Of a stretch of DNA of 60,641 nt, positions 1-10,591 are shown piece by piece (the stretch's first letter is position 1; every line of letters begins with the position of its first letter). Made by a program: the position numbers and the translations under genes. The stretch covers positions 1 through 60,641 of the forward strand of contig JABSOL010000003.1 of the NCBI GenBank assembly GCA_013215985.1. The letters run 5' to 3'. Source of the stretch: Campylobacteraceae bacterium (GTDB lineage Bacteria; Campylobacterota; Campylobacteria; Campylobacterales; Arcobacteraceae). Under the pieces are notes generated by a model. The model did not search any database, was not told the DNA's origin, and was given only the letters and a program-made list of their open reading frames with translations.

Positions 1-1
1 A

Positions 2-793
2 TTTATCTTAATAATCTTCTGGTTTTTAAGTGCTTTTGTTTGTATTTATAATGAATTAGATGAGAGTTTAATTCAAAATGATATGAAATTAAATGAGAGA
101 ATTTCAAAGACTATTGCTTCTGTAAAAGATTCTTCTTTCTTTTCTACTTTTTCTTCTGATGATGTAGAAGATAGTAAAAAAGTAGAAAAAGAAATAATTG
201 TAAAAGAAGAAATATCTAATGATATTAATATTGATGATATTAATATTATAAAAGATGAAGATATTATTACTGCTACTTCTGCTGCTAAAAATAATTTATT
301 AATTATTCAAGATAAATTAAAAGATACAGAAAAAAATGAACTTGAAATTTCATCTTCAATTGAAAATAAAGAGATGGATAAAACTTCTGTAGTTAAAGAA
401 GTTAAGATGGAAGAGAAAACTGTTGATCCTCAAGAGGTTCAGGAAAAAATAAATTTAATTTTAAAAACTAATAAAATTTCTTTTAAAAGAATGAGTACAA
501 GTCCTACTAAAAAAAGTAAAAAAACAATTTCTAATATTGCAAATATTTTAAAAGAATATAAAAATATTAAAATTGAAGTAGCTGGACATACAGATTCAAA
601 AGGAAAAAAAGCTTTTAATATGAATATCTCAGAACAAAGAGCGGATAGTGTTAAAAAAGTTTTAATTTCTTTAGGTATTGATGAAAAGAGAGTTTCTTCA
701 AAAGGTTATGGTGAGTCAAAACCTTTAGTTAAAAACAATGGCGGTTATTCTATTTTAAATAGAAGAGTTGAATTTAATATTATTAAGGAATAA
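2..793 (+). CDS. OmpA/MotB-like peptidoglycan-binding protein; 5' end probably outside the window
   Basis: C-terminal OmpA-like domain (IEVAGHTDSKG..NISEQRADSVKKVL..NRRVEFNI). The ORF track starts at ATG 83. The same frame is open back to nt 2 and encodes a TM-like helix (FILIIFWFLSAFVCIY), so the gene likely begins upstream. Confidence 0.8.
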   Translation, partial: FILIIFWFLSAFVCIYNELDESLIQNDMKLNERISKTIASVKDSSFFSTFSSDDVEDSKKVEKEIIVKEEISNDINIDDINIIKDEDIITATSAAKNNLLIIQDKLKDTEKNELEISSSIENKEMDKTSVVKEVKMEEKTVDPQEVQEKINLILKTNKISFKRMSTSPTKKSKKTISNIANILKEYKNIKIEVAGHTDSKGKKAFNMNISEQRADSVKKVLISLGIDEKRVSSKGYGESKPLVKNNGGYSILNRRVEFNIIKE

Positions 794-795
794 GA

Positions 796-1191
796 ATGAC
801 AGGTACAATTATAAATATATTAGTTTTCATGACTATTTCTTCGGCTATTGCTTTTTACTTAGGTTATATGTTTGGAACTACAAAAGCATATACTAAAAAA
901 GTAAAACTAAATCCTATTTTTAAAAATCAATGCAATATATATCATAAACCATTAATTTTATCTTTACCTAAGCGTTCTGGAAAAGATAATCTAACTGAAG
1001 TTAGAGGTATTAATGAAGCTTTAGAAAATGAACTTAATAAATTAGGAATATTTCATTTTGAGCAAATTTCAAAGTGGACAAATAAAAATTTAGAATGGGT
1101 TGAAGTTTTTTTAGGAATAGAAAAACAAATATCCCAAGAGAAATGGATTTCTCAATCAAGTTCTTTATACTCAAAATCTTTAAAGAAATAG
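796..1191 (+). CDS. Small membrane-anchored hypothetical protein with a helix-hairpin-helix-like C-terminal region
   Basis: N-terminal TM helix (IINILVFMTISSAIAFYLGYMF). The C-terminal segment DNLTEVRGINEALENELNKLGIFHFEQISKW resembles HhH-type modules. A 3-nt gap to the upstream OmpA-like gene suggests an operon. Confidence 0.6.
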   Translation: MTGTIINILVFMTISSAIAFYLGYMFGTTKAYTKKVKLNPIFKNQCNIYHKPLILSLPKRSGKDNLTEVRGINEALENELNKLGIFHFEQISKWTNKNLEWVEVFLGIEKQISQEKWISQSSSLYSKSLKK

Positions 1192-1210
1192 TTTAAAACT
1201 ATTTCTTTAA
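1180..1210. terminator. Bidirectional hairpin between convergent genes
   Basis: Near-perfect inverted repeat TTAAAGAAATAGTT / AACTATTTCTTTAA. It spans the stop codon of 796..1191 and lies just downstream of the minus-strand pgm-like gene. Confidence 0.55.
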
Positions 1211-1214
1211 ATTC

Positions 1215-2600
1215 TTATAATTCTTTTTTAGCGTTTTCAATCAATTTATTTAGCTCTGTTTCGTAAAGTTTTGATAAATTAATACTAGAAGCTTCAAATC
1301 TTGTTACAAGCACAGGAGTTGTATTAGAAGCTCTAACTAATCCCCAACCATTTTCAAAGTTTACTCTTACACCATCAATATCAATGATATCTTTAATTTT
1401 AGGCATAGAAGCTGGAGGGTTTTGTAATAATTCTTTTATTTTATCCATTAGTAAAAACTTTTCTTCATCGCTAGTTTCTACTTTAATTTCTTCACTTGAG
1501 AATACTTTTGGAAGTTTTGCAATTTCTTCATCTACTTTCATTCCGTTTAAAATTAATTCTAAAATTCTAAGTGTTGCATATACCGCATCATCAAAACCGT
1601 AATATCTATCATTAAAGAAAATATGTCCTGAAACCTCAGCAGCCATATCAGCATTTACTTCTTTAATTTTTACTTTTAAGTTTGAATGCCCTGTTTTATA
1701 CATAATAGCTGTACCAGTTTCATTAATTACATCATACATTACTTGTGTACATTTTACTTCACCAATAATTACTGGGTTAGTCATAGTTTTAGCAAATAAG
1801 AGAGCAAGAATATCACCTTTAACATTGTTTTGCTTAGTTAAAAAAGCAATTCTATCAGCATCACCATCATAAGCAAAACCATAATCAAATTCACCCTCAA
1901 GAGCTTTATATACTTCTTGTATATTTTCTTCAACACTTGGATCTGGATGATGATTTGGGAATGTTCCATCTGGAGTAGTATATATAGCTTTATAGTTTAA
2001 TTCTAATTTATCTAAAATAGCAGTTAATACAGTATCCGCAACACCATTACCACAATCAAAGAATAATCGCTCACTCATACCTTTAAGATGTGCGAACTCT
2101 TTTATCATATAGTCTATATATACGCTAATTGTATCAATAGTAATAAAATCATCATTAGCATCAATTACTTTATCTTGATTTTCTATCATTGTAGAACCTA
2201 AAGCAGTAATCTCTTCACCAAAAAATGGTGCATTATTAATAGTAATTTTAAATCCATTATAAGGTGCTGGATTGTGAGAACCTGTAATCATTACAGAAGC
2301 ATTAGCTGTAATACCGTTAAACTCTTGATATGCTGCAAAATAATTAACACCAGTTGCTACCATACCCATTCCTAATACTTTACATCCAGCTTGATTAAAA
2401 CCAGAACATAAATATGAGAATAGTTCAGGACTATGAGTTCTTGCATCATAACCTACAGCTACATAAGGTGTTTTTATATTTGTTTTTTTAAGTATTTCAA
2501 GACCTAAATAATATCCAAGTAATTTAATACTTTTTTCATTTAAGTCATTACCTACAATACCTCTAATATCATACTCTCTAAATATTGATTTATTAATCAT
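1215..2600 (-). CDS. Phosphomannomutase/phosphoglucomutase (alpha-D-phosphohexomutase family)
   Basis: Active-site loop TGSHNP, Mg-binding GFAYDGDADR, sugar-binding EVSGH; 461 aa. Confidence 0.9.
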   Translation of the reverse strand: MINKSIFREYDIRGIVGNDLNEKSIKLLGYYLGLEILKKTNIKTPYVAVGYDARTHSPELFSYLCSGFNQAGCKVLGMGMVATGVNYFAAYQEFNGITANASVMITGSHNPAPYNGFKITINNAPFFGEEITALGSTMIENQDKVIDANDDFITIDTISVYIDYMIKEFAHLKGMSERLFFDCGNGVADTVLTAILDKLELNYKAIYTTPDGTFPNHHPDPSVEENIQEVYKALEGEFDYGFAYDGDADRIAFLTKQNNVKGDILALLFAKTMTNPVIIGEVKCTQVMYDVINETGTAIMYKTGHSNLKVKIKEVNADMAAEVSGHIFFNDRYYGFDDAVYATLRILELILNGMKVDEEIAKLPKVFSSEEIKVETSDEEKFLLMDKIKELLQNPPASMPKIKDIIDIDGVRVNFENGWGLVRASNTTPVLVTRFEASSINLSKLYETELNKLIENAKKEL

Positions 2601-2676
2601 TTAAAACCTTATATATTTTTTCTTAGATTGTAGCGAAAAAGAGGTTTTAAATTCTTGAGTATGTTACAATTGATAT

Positions 2677-3336
2677 ATGAAAAATATTAAATTACTTATA
2701 GTTGAAGATGATGAAATAACAAGAGAAAATATATGTGAATACTTGAACGATAAGTTTGAGCATATATATGAAGCTTCAAATGCTCATGATGCATATAAAC
2801 TATATATAAAATACAAACCAGATATTATTATTACTGATATACAAATGCCTAAAGTATCAGGTTTAGATTTAGTGCAAAGAATAAGAGAAAAAGACTCTTT
2901 AATTCAGATTATTATAATTAGCGCATACTCACATAAAGAATACTTATTAAAAAGCATAGAGTTATCACTTGTTAAGTATTTAATTAAACCAGTTAGCGAG
3001 AATGATTTAATGTCTACACTTAATACCTGCTGTAAAAATATAGTAAAAGAGTCTATATATACACTAAAAGATAATTATATATTTGATTATGTTAATAAAA
3101 GCCTATATATAGATACAAGACTTATTAAACTTAGAGCTAAAGAAATAGCCCTACTCGAACTATTACTTAAAAACAAAAATAGATATGTGAACTATGAAGA
3201 AATAGAAGCTTATGTATGGTGTGATGATGTAATGAGTAAAGACGCTATTAAAACACTAGTTAAAACATTAAAGGGAAAACTTCCACAAGCCTCTATATCT
3301 AACCTTTCAGGATCAGGATATAAAATTGAATGCTGA
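2677..3336 (+). CDS. Two-component response regulator, winged-helix (OmpR-like) output
   Basis: Receiver domain (LLIVEDDE..DIIITDIQMP..KP) plus a C-terminal DNA-binding region (LRAKEIALLELLLKN..GSGYKIE). Overlaps the downstream kinase gene by 11 nt. Confidence 0.85.
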   Translation: MKNIKLLIVEDDEITRENICEYLNDKFEHIYEASNAHDAYKLYIKYKPDIIITDIQMPKVSGLDLVQRIREKDSLIQIIIISAYSHKEYLLKSIELSLVKYLIKPVSENDLMSTLNTCCKNIVKESIYTLKDNYIFDYVNKSLYIDTRLIKLRAKEIALLELLLKNKNRYVNYEEIEAYVWCDDVMSKDAIKTLVKTLKGKLPQASISNLSGSGYKIEC

Positions 3337-4633
3337 AATGGCTGAAGTTTTACTATATGGAATGATATATGGAATAGTATTTATGACTATAGTATCAACA
3401 GCTGTTAGATATATATATTCAAAAGACTTAGTATATATATCTTATTGTCTATTACAAGTATGTTCACTTATATATATACTTTCATATAGTAATATGTTTA
3501 AGTTTACGTATATATATGAAGATATAGCTTTACTTTTAGCTTCTATTTTTGCGATAGTATTTTCTTTTGCTTATTCAAAAGGTAGAATATCATTAAAACT
3601 TAATAATCAAAAAGAACTGTATATATATACTATCTTCACATCCCTTATAATATCAACTGCTTTTTACCATTATATTTTATTTGAATATCTTCCATATACT
3701 ATTATCTATTTTATATTATCTATTACTTTACTATTTAATTTAAAAGAAAATATATATGCTAAATCTATATATGTTGTATCTTGGTCATGTATATGTTTAT
3801 TCTTCTATTTTACTGGCTTTAAAGAGATATATATACAAAATACATATATAGACATAGTTCTTTTAGCTTTTGGGCTTGAAGCTCTTATATTCACTATTTC
3901 AATTTCTTATTCGTATAAATATTTACAGAATCAAAATATTGAGTACGAGAATCTTATATTACATCAAAGCAAACTTGCAAAAGCAGGAGAAATGATTGCA
4001 AATATATCACATCAGTTTAGACAGCCTTTAAATAATCTTTCATATATACTAATGAATATAAAGAAAGCATATAAGAAGGACACTCTAAGTAATGAATATA
4101 TGGAGAAAAAATATAATCAAGCTTTTACACAAATAGAATACTTATCAAGAACTATTACGGACTTTAAAGAGTTTTATGAACCATCAAAGATTAAAATAGA
4201 CTTTTTATTAAAAGAATCTATTACTAGAACACTTAGTATTATTTCATCAGACTTAGATAAACATAGAATAGAAATAGACTTTGATTTTTCTTTAAATGAT
4301 GATATTTATATATATGGAATATCAAATGAATTATCTCAAGTATTATTAATTATATTATCTAATGCAAAAGATGAACTAAAGAATATAGAAAAACCACTTA
4401 TAAAAATAAGAACGTCAAAAACACCAGCTGAGGTTATAATAGAAATAGAAGATAATGCTGGCGGAATTAAAAATATAAACTCATTATTTAAAGCATATAA
4501 AACTTCAAAAGAAGAAGGAACTGGTATTGGTTTATTTATGGCAAAAGAAATTATTGAAAATACTTTTGCAGGAAAAATAGAAGCTAAAAATATAAAGAAG
4601 GGTGCGCTTTTCACCCTGTATTTACCTAAATAA
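3326..4633 (+). CDS. Sensor histidine kinase with a multi-TM (about 6-7 helices) N-terminal domain and no obvious periplasmic domain
   Basis: Hydrophobic N-terminal half; H-box ISHQFRQPLN; HATPase_c motifs (DNAGGI, GTGIGLFMAKEI). Confidence 0.85.
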   Translation: MNAEMAEVLLYGMIYGIVFMTIVSTAVRYIYSKDLVYISYCLLQVCSLIYILSYSNMFKFTYIYEDIALLLASIFAIVFSFAYSKGRISLKLNNQKELYIYTIFTSLIISTAFYHYILFEYLPYTIIYFILSITLLFNLKENIYAKSIYVVSWSCICLFFYFTGFKEIYIQNTYIDIVLLAFGLEALIFTISISYSYKYLQNQNIEYENLILHQSKLAKAGEMIANISHQFRQPLNNLSYILMNIKKAYKKDTLSNEYMEKKYNQAFTQIEYLSRTITDFKEFYEPSKIKIDFLLKESITRTLSIISSDLDKHRIEIDFDFSLNDDIYIYGISNELSQVLLIILSNAKDELKNIEKPLIKIRTSKTPAEVIIEIEDNAGGIKNINSLFKAYKTSKEEGTGIGLFMAKEIIENTFAGKIEAKNIKKGALFTLYLPK

Positions 4634-5962
4634 AGTATTTTTTGGATAAATAAAAGAAATAACTTTATGTATTTTTATACTTTCATCTTCTTTTATGAAC
4701 GCCGTAATATTTAGTTTTATAGTTGTATCTTTTACATCAGATAAAAATAGTCTTTTTTTAGTTTGCACTATGAATACCGTTCTTCTTCTTTTATTTGGCT
4801 CAAGTGTAATCTCTTTTAATCTTTTAATAGAAAAATCTTTATTATCTATTTTTATTTTATAAGTATATTTTTTATCTAAACGATTATGAAAAGTAAGAAT
4901 ATAATTATTACTTACAATCTTTCCTTTGATGTTATATAAAGAAGTAGTTTTATTTATATGTAAAATAAAAGGCTCTTTTTTCTGAGCTGTTACAAAAGCT
5001 AAAATTAAAGCTAAGGATATTGTAATCATATACATTACACTTTTTTTATTAAATAATTTTGTATATATATTATTAAATGTTTCATTTGGACTATTCCAAA
5101 TAACAAGACTCTTTTTATCAAGTTTTCCCATTACGGTAGTACAGGCATCTACGCATTCAAGACAATTAATACACTCTATTTGAAGGCCTTTTCTAATATC
5201 AATATTAGCAGGACATATTTTTACACAGGCCTCACAAGTAGTACACTCAGAAGATGATTCCGCAAAATCTTTAATATTAAATATAGTTTTCTCAGCTTTT
5301 TTATAAATTTTTCCACCTCTATTATAATTATATAAAGCTTGAGTCGTATTTTTATCAAATAAAGCTGATTGCATCATTGCATATGGACACATATATGTAC
5401 AAAAGTTTTCTTTTAAAAATACAATATCATAAAATAAAAAAGCTGCAATTCCCAATATAAAAGAGTATAAAAGTTTATGATCATTTGGATTTTTAATATA
5501 AGAAAACAGATCTTCGCTTGCTATAAAATATAATAAAAAGTTTAGAGAAATAATTAAACAAAGAATAAACCAAATAATTAAAGATAAGTATTTTTTTAGA
5601 TATTTTGAGAGTTTATTATATTTAATATCTTTTTGTTTATTCTTTATTTTTCTCAGATCTAAAATAGTAGATTCAATTAAATCTCTATATATAGTTCTAA
5701 ATATAGTTTGTGGACAGGCCCAACCACACCAAATTCTCCCTTTTATAGAAGTAATGGCAAAAATAAATAAAAACATAGACATTAATAAAAAAGGCATTAT
5801 ATATAATTCATCCATATTAAATGAAAGACCTAAAAAATGAAAGACCATTTTATCAAATGATAAAAGTAAAAGATGATTTCCATTTATTGTAATAAAAGGC
5901 ATAATCATTACAAAAAAAGTAATTATAATATATGAGATATATCGTTTATATCTGTAAGACAT
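4622..5962 (-). CDS. ccoG: CcoG/FixG-type membrane 4Fe-4S ferredoxin (cbb3 oxidase accessory protein)
   Basis: CGWACPQT motif, two ferredoxin Cys clusters (CTTCEACVKICP, CINCLECVDAC), and TM helices followed by a C-terminal beta-rich domain. Converges on and overlaps the kinase gene by 12 nt. Confidence 0.8.
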   Translation of the reverse strand: MSYRYKRYISYIIITFFVMIMPFITINGNHLLLLSFDKMVFHFLGLSFNMDELYIMPFLLMSMFLFIFAITSIKGRIWCGWACPQTIFRTIYRDLIESTILDLRKIKNKQKDIKYNKLSKYLKKYLSLIIWFILCLIISLNFLLYFIASEDLFSYIKNPNDHKLLYSFILGIAAFLFYDIVFLKENFCTYMCPYAMMQSALFDKNTTQALYNYNRGGKIYKKAEKTIFNIKDFAESSSECTTCEACVKICPANIDIRKGLQIECINCLECVDACTTVMGKLDKKSLVIWNSPNETFNNIYTKLFNKKSVMYMITISLALILAFVTAQKKEPFILHINKTTSLYNIKGKIVSNNYILTFHNRLDKKYTYKIKIDNKDFSIKRLKEITLEPNKRRRTVFIVQTKKRLFLSDVKDTTIKLNITAFIKEDESIKIHKVISFIYPKNTLFR

Positions 5963-6026
5963 GAAAGACTCCTTAATAAAGAGTCTAAAGGAAAAAAGTG
6001 TTCAAATGGTGGTATGAAAAATATTC

Positions 6027-6548
6027 TTAAAAAAGAATCTTTTTCTTTTCTAAATTAATTAAAAATTCTTTTACTTTAGGACCTCCACTTGAGTATCCAG
6101 ATAGTTTTCCTGATGAAGATATAACTCTATGACATGGAATAATAATTATAATCTTATTTTTTCCATTCGCATTTGCGACTGCTCTAAAAGCTGAAGCTTT
6201 GTTAATACTTATCGCTTCTTCTTTATAAGATATTGTTTTTCCGTAAGGAATCTTTGATAAAACCTTCCATACATCTTTTTGAAAAGTTGTTCCTGATACT
6301 TTAAAAGGAACAGTAAAAGAAGTCCTATGATGATGAAAATATTCATCTAATTCTTTTTCTAAGAGTTCAAAGTCTTTTTTGTTTTCAATGACTTCAGTAT
6401 ATTTATATTCTTTTTGTAAGAGTTTTATTTGTTCTTTTGCTATGTCTTTTTCATAATAACTTAGAATAATTAATTCTTGATTTATATTTGCAGCAAATAA
6501 ATCACCTATAGGACTTTTAATAATATTAGTATAAATAATATTTTCCAT
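6027..6548 (-). CDS. ogt: Methylated-DNA--protein-cysteine methyltransferase
   Basis: Active-site PCHRVI motif, preceded by GKTISYKEEA.. and ANANGKN. Confidence 0.85.
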   Translation of the reverse strand: MENIIYTNIIKSPIGDLFAANINQELIILSYYEKDIAKEQIKLLQKEYKYTEVIENKKDFELLEKELDEYFHHHRTSFTVPFKVSGTTFQKDVWKVLSKIPYGKTISYKEEAISINKASAFRAVANANGKNKIIIIIPCHRVISSSGKLSGYSSGGPKVKEFLINLEKKKILF

Positions 6549-6618
6549 AATAAACCTCTTTTCTTACATCTTAATGTCATTAATATATAGTATACTTAAA
6601 TCTTATAAGGATTGACTA

Positions 6619-7248
6619 ATGGATTTATTGAATGTTTTACTGTTTTTAGGGGCTTCTTTTTTATTATGTTTAAGTCCAGGTCCAGATAATATATATGTTA
6701 TGACAATTGGAATTACGAAAGGTAAAAAATCTTCATTTGTAACAACACTAGGTTTGTCTTCTGGTATTATATTTCATACGCTTGCAGCTGCTTTAGGAAT
6801 TTCACTTATTTTCCAAAACTCAGAACTAGCTTTTAATATTTTAAAATATCTTGGAGCTATTTATCTTTTATATATTTCATATCAAACATTTATTCATAGA
6901 AATGATCTTTTACATATTTCTACAAAAGAAGAGAAAAAAGAATTAAAAGCTTTATATCTAAAAGGTTTTTTAATGAATATTTTAAACCCAAAAGTATCAA
7001 TATTCTTTTTAGCTTTTTTACCTCAGTTTGTAAATAAAAGTTCATCTTTAGAAATATCTTCTCAAATGATTATTTTAGGACTAATATTATTAACTATGAC
7101 TTTAATTGTATTTACTTCAATTGGTTTTATTGCATCTATTTTTGGGAAAAAACTTTTAGAGAAACCTATTTTTTCAAAAATATTAAATTATTTAACTTCT
7201 TTTGTATTATTATCTTTAGCACTTAAATTAGTATTTAGTCAACAATAG
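6619..7248 (+). CDS. LysE/RhtB family amino-acid exporter
   Basis: 209 aa with about 6 TM helices. N-terminal SPGPDNIYVM motif typical of the LysE family. Confidence 0.8.
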   Translation: MDLLNVLLFLGASFLLCLSPGPDNIYVMTIGITKGKKSSFVTTLGLSSGIIFHTLAAALGISLIFQNSELAFNILKYLGAIYLLYISYQTFIHRNDLLHISTKEEKKELKALYLKGFLMNILNPKVSIFFLAFLPQFVNKSSSLEISSQMIILGLILLTMTLIVFTSIGFIASIFGKKLLEKPIFSKILNYLTSFVLLSLALKLVFSQQ

Positions 7249-7287
7249 TTTTATATTTTTTAATAAGAATTACTTTATGAGTTTATA

Positions 7288-7318
7288 ATAAACTAGAATA
7301 TTTTTTATTCTAGTTTAT
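7288..7318. terminator. Bidirectional hairpin between the LysE-family gene (+) and proA (-)
   Basis: Perfect 12-bp stem ATAAACTAGAAT / ATTCTAGTTTAT with a T-rich loop. Confidence 0.6.
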
Positions 7319-7330
7319 CATTTCTATTTT

Positions 7331-8566
7331 CTATTTTCTACTTTGACCATTTCCATATATTTTATATTTATATGTAGTTAAATCATTTATTCCCATAGGT
7401 CCTCTTGCGTGAAGTTTATTTGTAGAAATACCAACTTCAGCACCTAACCCAAATGATCCACCATCAGTAAATCTTGTACTAGCATTTGCGTATACACAAG
7501 CTGCATCAACAATATCTAAAAACTTATTTACTGTACTATAGTTTTCACTTAAAATAGCTTCTGAGTGTCCTGAACCATATTTGTTTATATGAAAAATAGC
7601 TTCATCTACATTTTTAACTATTTTAATATTTAATTTATTAGCTAAGTATTCAGTATCATAATCTTCATGTTCGCAACATTGAATGTTTATATACTTTCTT
7701 GTATCATCACAACCTTTAAGTTCAGTTCCTTCGTTCATAAAAGCTTCATATAAAGGTGGTAAAATATATGCTGCTACATCTGTATGAACTAAAAGAGTTT
7801 CCATGGCATTACAAACACCAGGTCTTTGACATTTTGCATTTAATACTATTTCAATAGCTTTTTCGTGGTTAGCATCTTTATCAATAAAAGTATGACATAA
7901 ACCTTTATCATGTTTAATAACAGGAATAGAAGAGTTTTCTGAGATATATTTAATTAAAGCAGCTCCACCTCTTGGAATTATTAAATCAACATATTTATTT
8001 TCTTTAATTAATTTAGCCACGCCTTCTCTTGTAGAATCTGGTAATAAAGAAATTGCATTTGTAGAGATTTTATTTTTTGCTAAAACTTCTTTTAATACAT
8101 TTGCTATTGCTAAATTAGAATGTCGAGCTTCTTTTCCACCTTTTAAAACACAAACATTTCCACTTTTAAAACATAAAGCGGCTGTATCTGAAGTTACATT
8201 TGGACGGCTTTCATAAATAATAGCAACAACACCAATAGGTACTGATACTTTTTGGATATTTAAATTATCTTGTGTTACCCAACCATCAAGTATTCTTCCA
8301 ACAGGCTCTTTTAAAGCAGCTATTTCTTTTATAGCTTGAGACATTGATTCTACTCTTGTAGCTGTTAATAATAATCTATCAACAATATCATGGCTTAAAT
8401 TATTTTTTTTGGCTTCTTTAATGTCAATATCATTATGAGTAATAATATAATCACAATGTTGAAGTAAAGCATCAGCCATTTCATTTAAAACTTTTGTTTT
8501 TATCGCAGAAGATAAACTAGCTATTTCATGAGATATTTTTTTTGATTCTTCTAAAAATTGTTTCAT
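7331..8566 (-). CDS. proA: Glutamate-5-semialdehyde dehydrogenase (gamma-glutamyl phosphate reductase)
   Basis: 411 aa aldehyde-dehydrogenase-fold protein with ProA-typical segments (IYESRPNVT, CNAMETLLVH, ASTRFTDG). Confidence 0.9.
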   Translation of the reverse strand: MKQFLEESKKISHEIASLSSAIKTKVLNEMADALLQHCDYIITHNDIDIKEAKKNNLSHDIVDRLLLTATRVESMSQAIKEIAALKEPVGRILDGWVTQDNLNIQKVSVPIGVVAIIYESRPNVTSDTAALCFKSGNVCVLKGGKEARHSNLAIANVLKEVLAKNKISTNAISLLPDSTREGVAKLIKENKYVDLIIPRGGAALIKYISENSSIPVIKHDKGLCHTFIDKDANHEKAIEIVLNAKCQRPGVCNAMETLLVHTDVAAYILPPLYEAFMNEGTELKGCDDTRKYINIQCCEHEDYDTEYLANKLNIKIVKNVDEAIFHINKYGSGHSEAILSENYSTVNKFLDIVDAACVYANASTRFTDGGSFGLGAEVGISTNKLHARGPMGINDLTTYKYKIYGNGQSRK

Positions 8567-8665
8567 AATATTTCCTCTTCTTTATTAAAACATTTTAGCA
8601 AATTATTTTAATATAAAGACTGAAATTATTAAGTAGATAAGGCTTTGAGTGGGGAATATAAAGAA

Positions 8666-8684
8666 AAGGACTTTAAAAGTCCTT
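8666..8684 (-). terminator. Rho-independent terminator of trxA
   Basis: Stem AAGGACTT / AAGTCCTT with a 3-nt loop, followed on the minus-strand RNA by a U-rich run (UUCUUUAU). Confidence 0.65.
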
Positions 8685-8688
8685 ATTC

Positions 8689-9006
8689 TTAGATTAGTGA
8701 GTTAATTTTATCAGTTAATGCTTGTTTAGAAGTTGCACCAATAATAGTATCAACAACTTCTCCATCTTTCATAAATAAAATAGTAGGAATTGATCTAATT
8801 CCAAATTTAACTGATAAATCTTGTTCTTCATCAGTATTTACTTTACAAATATTTACTTTTCCGTCAAAATCTTCAGCTAATTCTTCAATTACTGGAGCAA
8901 TCATTCTACAAGGCCCACACCATGGTGCCCAGAAATCAACTAAAGAAACACCCTCTTTAGTTGTTGCTTCGAAATTATCATTTGTTAAGTTAATATATTT
9001 ACTCAT
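8689..9006 (-). CDS. trxA: Thioredoxin
   Basis: WCGPC active site. I place the start at ATG 9006 (MSKYINL..), which is preceded by AAGGA. The ORF-track start at 9060 adds 18 non-thioredoxin residues. Confidence 0.9.
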   Translation of the reverse strand: MSKYINLTNDNFEATTKEGVSLVDFWAPWCGPCRMIAPVIEELAEDFDGKVNICKVNTDEEQDLSVKFGIRSIPTILFMKDGEVVDTIIGATSKQALTDKINSLI

Positions 9007-9066
9007 TTTATAATCCTTTAAATTTAATAGGATTTTAGCAGTTAAGAAACCTATTGTCAAGTATGT

Positions 9067-9095
9067 ACCTAAAAGTTATATAGTTACTTTTAGGT
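9067..9095. promoter_or_regulatory. Inverted repeat in the trxA / hxlR-like divergent promoter region (candidate operator)
   Basis: Perfect 10-bp arms ACCTAAAAGT-N9-ACTTTTAGGT. Confidence 0.45.
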
Positions 9096-9139
9096 TCCTG
9101 TAAGCCATTTGGAGCTAAAATTATTTAAAGGATAAATGT

Positions 9140-9499
9140 ATGGATAAAAAAGAATATAGCTGTTATTTTCAATTCTCAACTGATATTATTGGGGGAAAAT
9201 GGAAAAGTATGGTTTTATGGTCTTTAAAAAATGGAATACAAAGAAATGGTGAATTAAAAAAAGCAATTCCTAAAATTTCTCAAAAAATGCTAACGCAGCA
9301 ACTAAGAGAATTAGAAGAAGTAGGAATAGTAAAAAGAATAGTTCATCCAGTAGTTCCTCCAAAAGTAGAATATGAATTAACAGCCTATGGTGCTAAGTTA
9401 ATTCCTATTTTAGAAGACTTGCATGACTGGGGAAAAGATTATGCTCAAAATGTAAATATTGAAATAAACCTTTGCCCAGAAGCAAAATGTGCAGATTAG
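9140..9499 (+). CDS. HxlR-family (MarR-like, YodB/QorR-type) transcriptional regulator
   Basis: GGKWK motif, winged-helix core, N-terminal Cys (YSCYF) and C-terminal CPEAKC. Confidence 0.85.
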   Translation: MDKKEYSCYFQFSTDIIGGKWKSMVLWSLKNGIQRNGELKKAIPKISQKMLTQQLRELEEVGIVKRIVHPVVPPKVEYELTAYGAKLIPILEDLHDWGKDYAQNVNIEINLCPEAKCAD

Positions 9500-10470
9500 A
9501 ATTTAACTAAATATCGTCCTGTTGCTTTTGAAGATAATATTTTTTCAAAAGCTTTAGGAATTTCTTCTAAAAAAATCTCATTTGTTAATTCATCTAAAGT
9601 ATTTATTTTAAAATCACTAGCTATTTTTTTCCAAGCAGCTGCTTTTTTCTCTAAAGTTGCTTCAACTGAATCAATACCAATTAATCTTACACCTCTTAAT
9701 ATAAATGGAAATACATTAGTATTAAGTTCATATGATGATGTTAAACCACAACAAGTAACAACTCCATTATATTTTATTTGTTTTAGTGCATGAGCTAAAA
9801 TATCTCCACCTACAGTATCAATTACAGCATCAAATCTTTCTTTTAACATAGGTTTTTTATTTACCTCTTCAAAAGTAGATCTTAGAATTACTTCTTTTGC
9901 ACCTAAAGATTTTAAGTAAGGAATTTTATCTTCTTTTCCAGATAAAGCAATTACGTCAAATCCAAGTTTTGTTAAGATTGCTAGAGATATACTACCTACT
10001 CCACCTGTTGCTCCTGTAACTAAAACTTCACCTTTTGTTATACCATTAGATAATAATTCATTTACACTTAGAGCTGCTGTTAAACCAGCTGTTCCATAAA
10101 TCATTAATTCTTTTAAAGATATGTTTGAAGGTTTTTTAATAATCCAAGAAGCTGGAACTTTTACATATTCACTATGTCCCCCATTAGTATTCATTCCTAA
10201 ATCGTAACCAGTTACGATAACTTCTTCGCCTTCTTCAAAATCTTTTGAATTAGATTTATATACAGTCCCTGCTACATCAATACCTGTTACATGAGGAAAA
10301 ACTCTTGTTACTCCTGGATTCCCAATTGATGATAAAGCATCTTTATAATTTAAAGATGAATAAGTAGTTTTAATAAGTACTTCATTTTCACCTATTTCTG
10401 GTATTTCAATTTCTTTAACAGCTGAAGTAAATATTTTATCTTCAGATTTTTCAACTAAAAATGCTTTCAT
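9496..10470 (-). CDS. YhdH/AcuI-type NADPH:quinone (acrylyl-CoA) oxidoreductase, MDR superfamily
   Basis: 324 aa. SLNYKDALS and FPHVTGIDVAGTV segments and GATGGVGS nucleotide-binding motif. The stop codon overlaps that of the convergent hxlR-like gene. Confidence 0.85.
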   Translation of the reverse strand: MKAFLVEKSEDKIFTSAVKEIEIPEIGENEVLIKTTYSSLNYKDALSSIGNPGVTRVFPHVTGIDVAGTVYKSNSKDFEEGEEVIVTGYDLGMNTNGGHSEYVKVPASWIIKKPSNISLKELMIYGTAGLTAALSVNELLSNGITKGEVLVTGATGGVGSISLAILTKLGFDVIALSGKEDKIPYLKSLGAKEVILRSTFEEVNKKPMLKERFDAVIDTVGGDILAHALKQIKYNGVVTCCGLTSSYELNTNVFPFILRGVRLIGIDSVEATLEKKAAAWKKIASDFKINTLDELTNEIFLEEIPKAFEKILSSKATGRYLVKF

Positions 10471-10591
10471 AATGGTCCTTTTTATTTATATCAATACTTT
10501 ATCTTAAATGATATATAATAACAAGAACTTACATTTTACATAGGTACTGTCTTTTTAGTGGGTATATGATAAATAGTTCTTAAGGAATTAA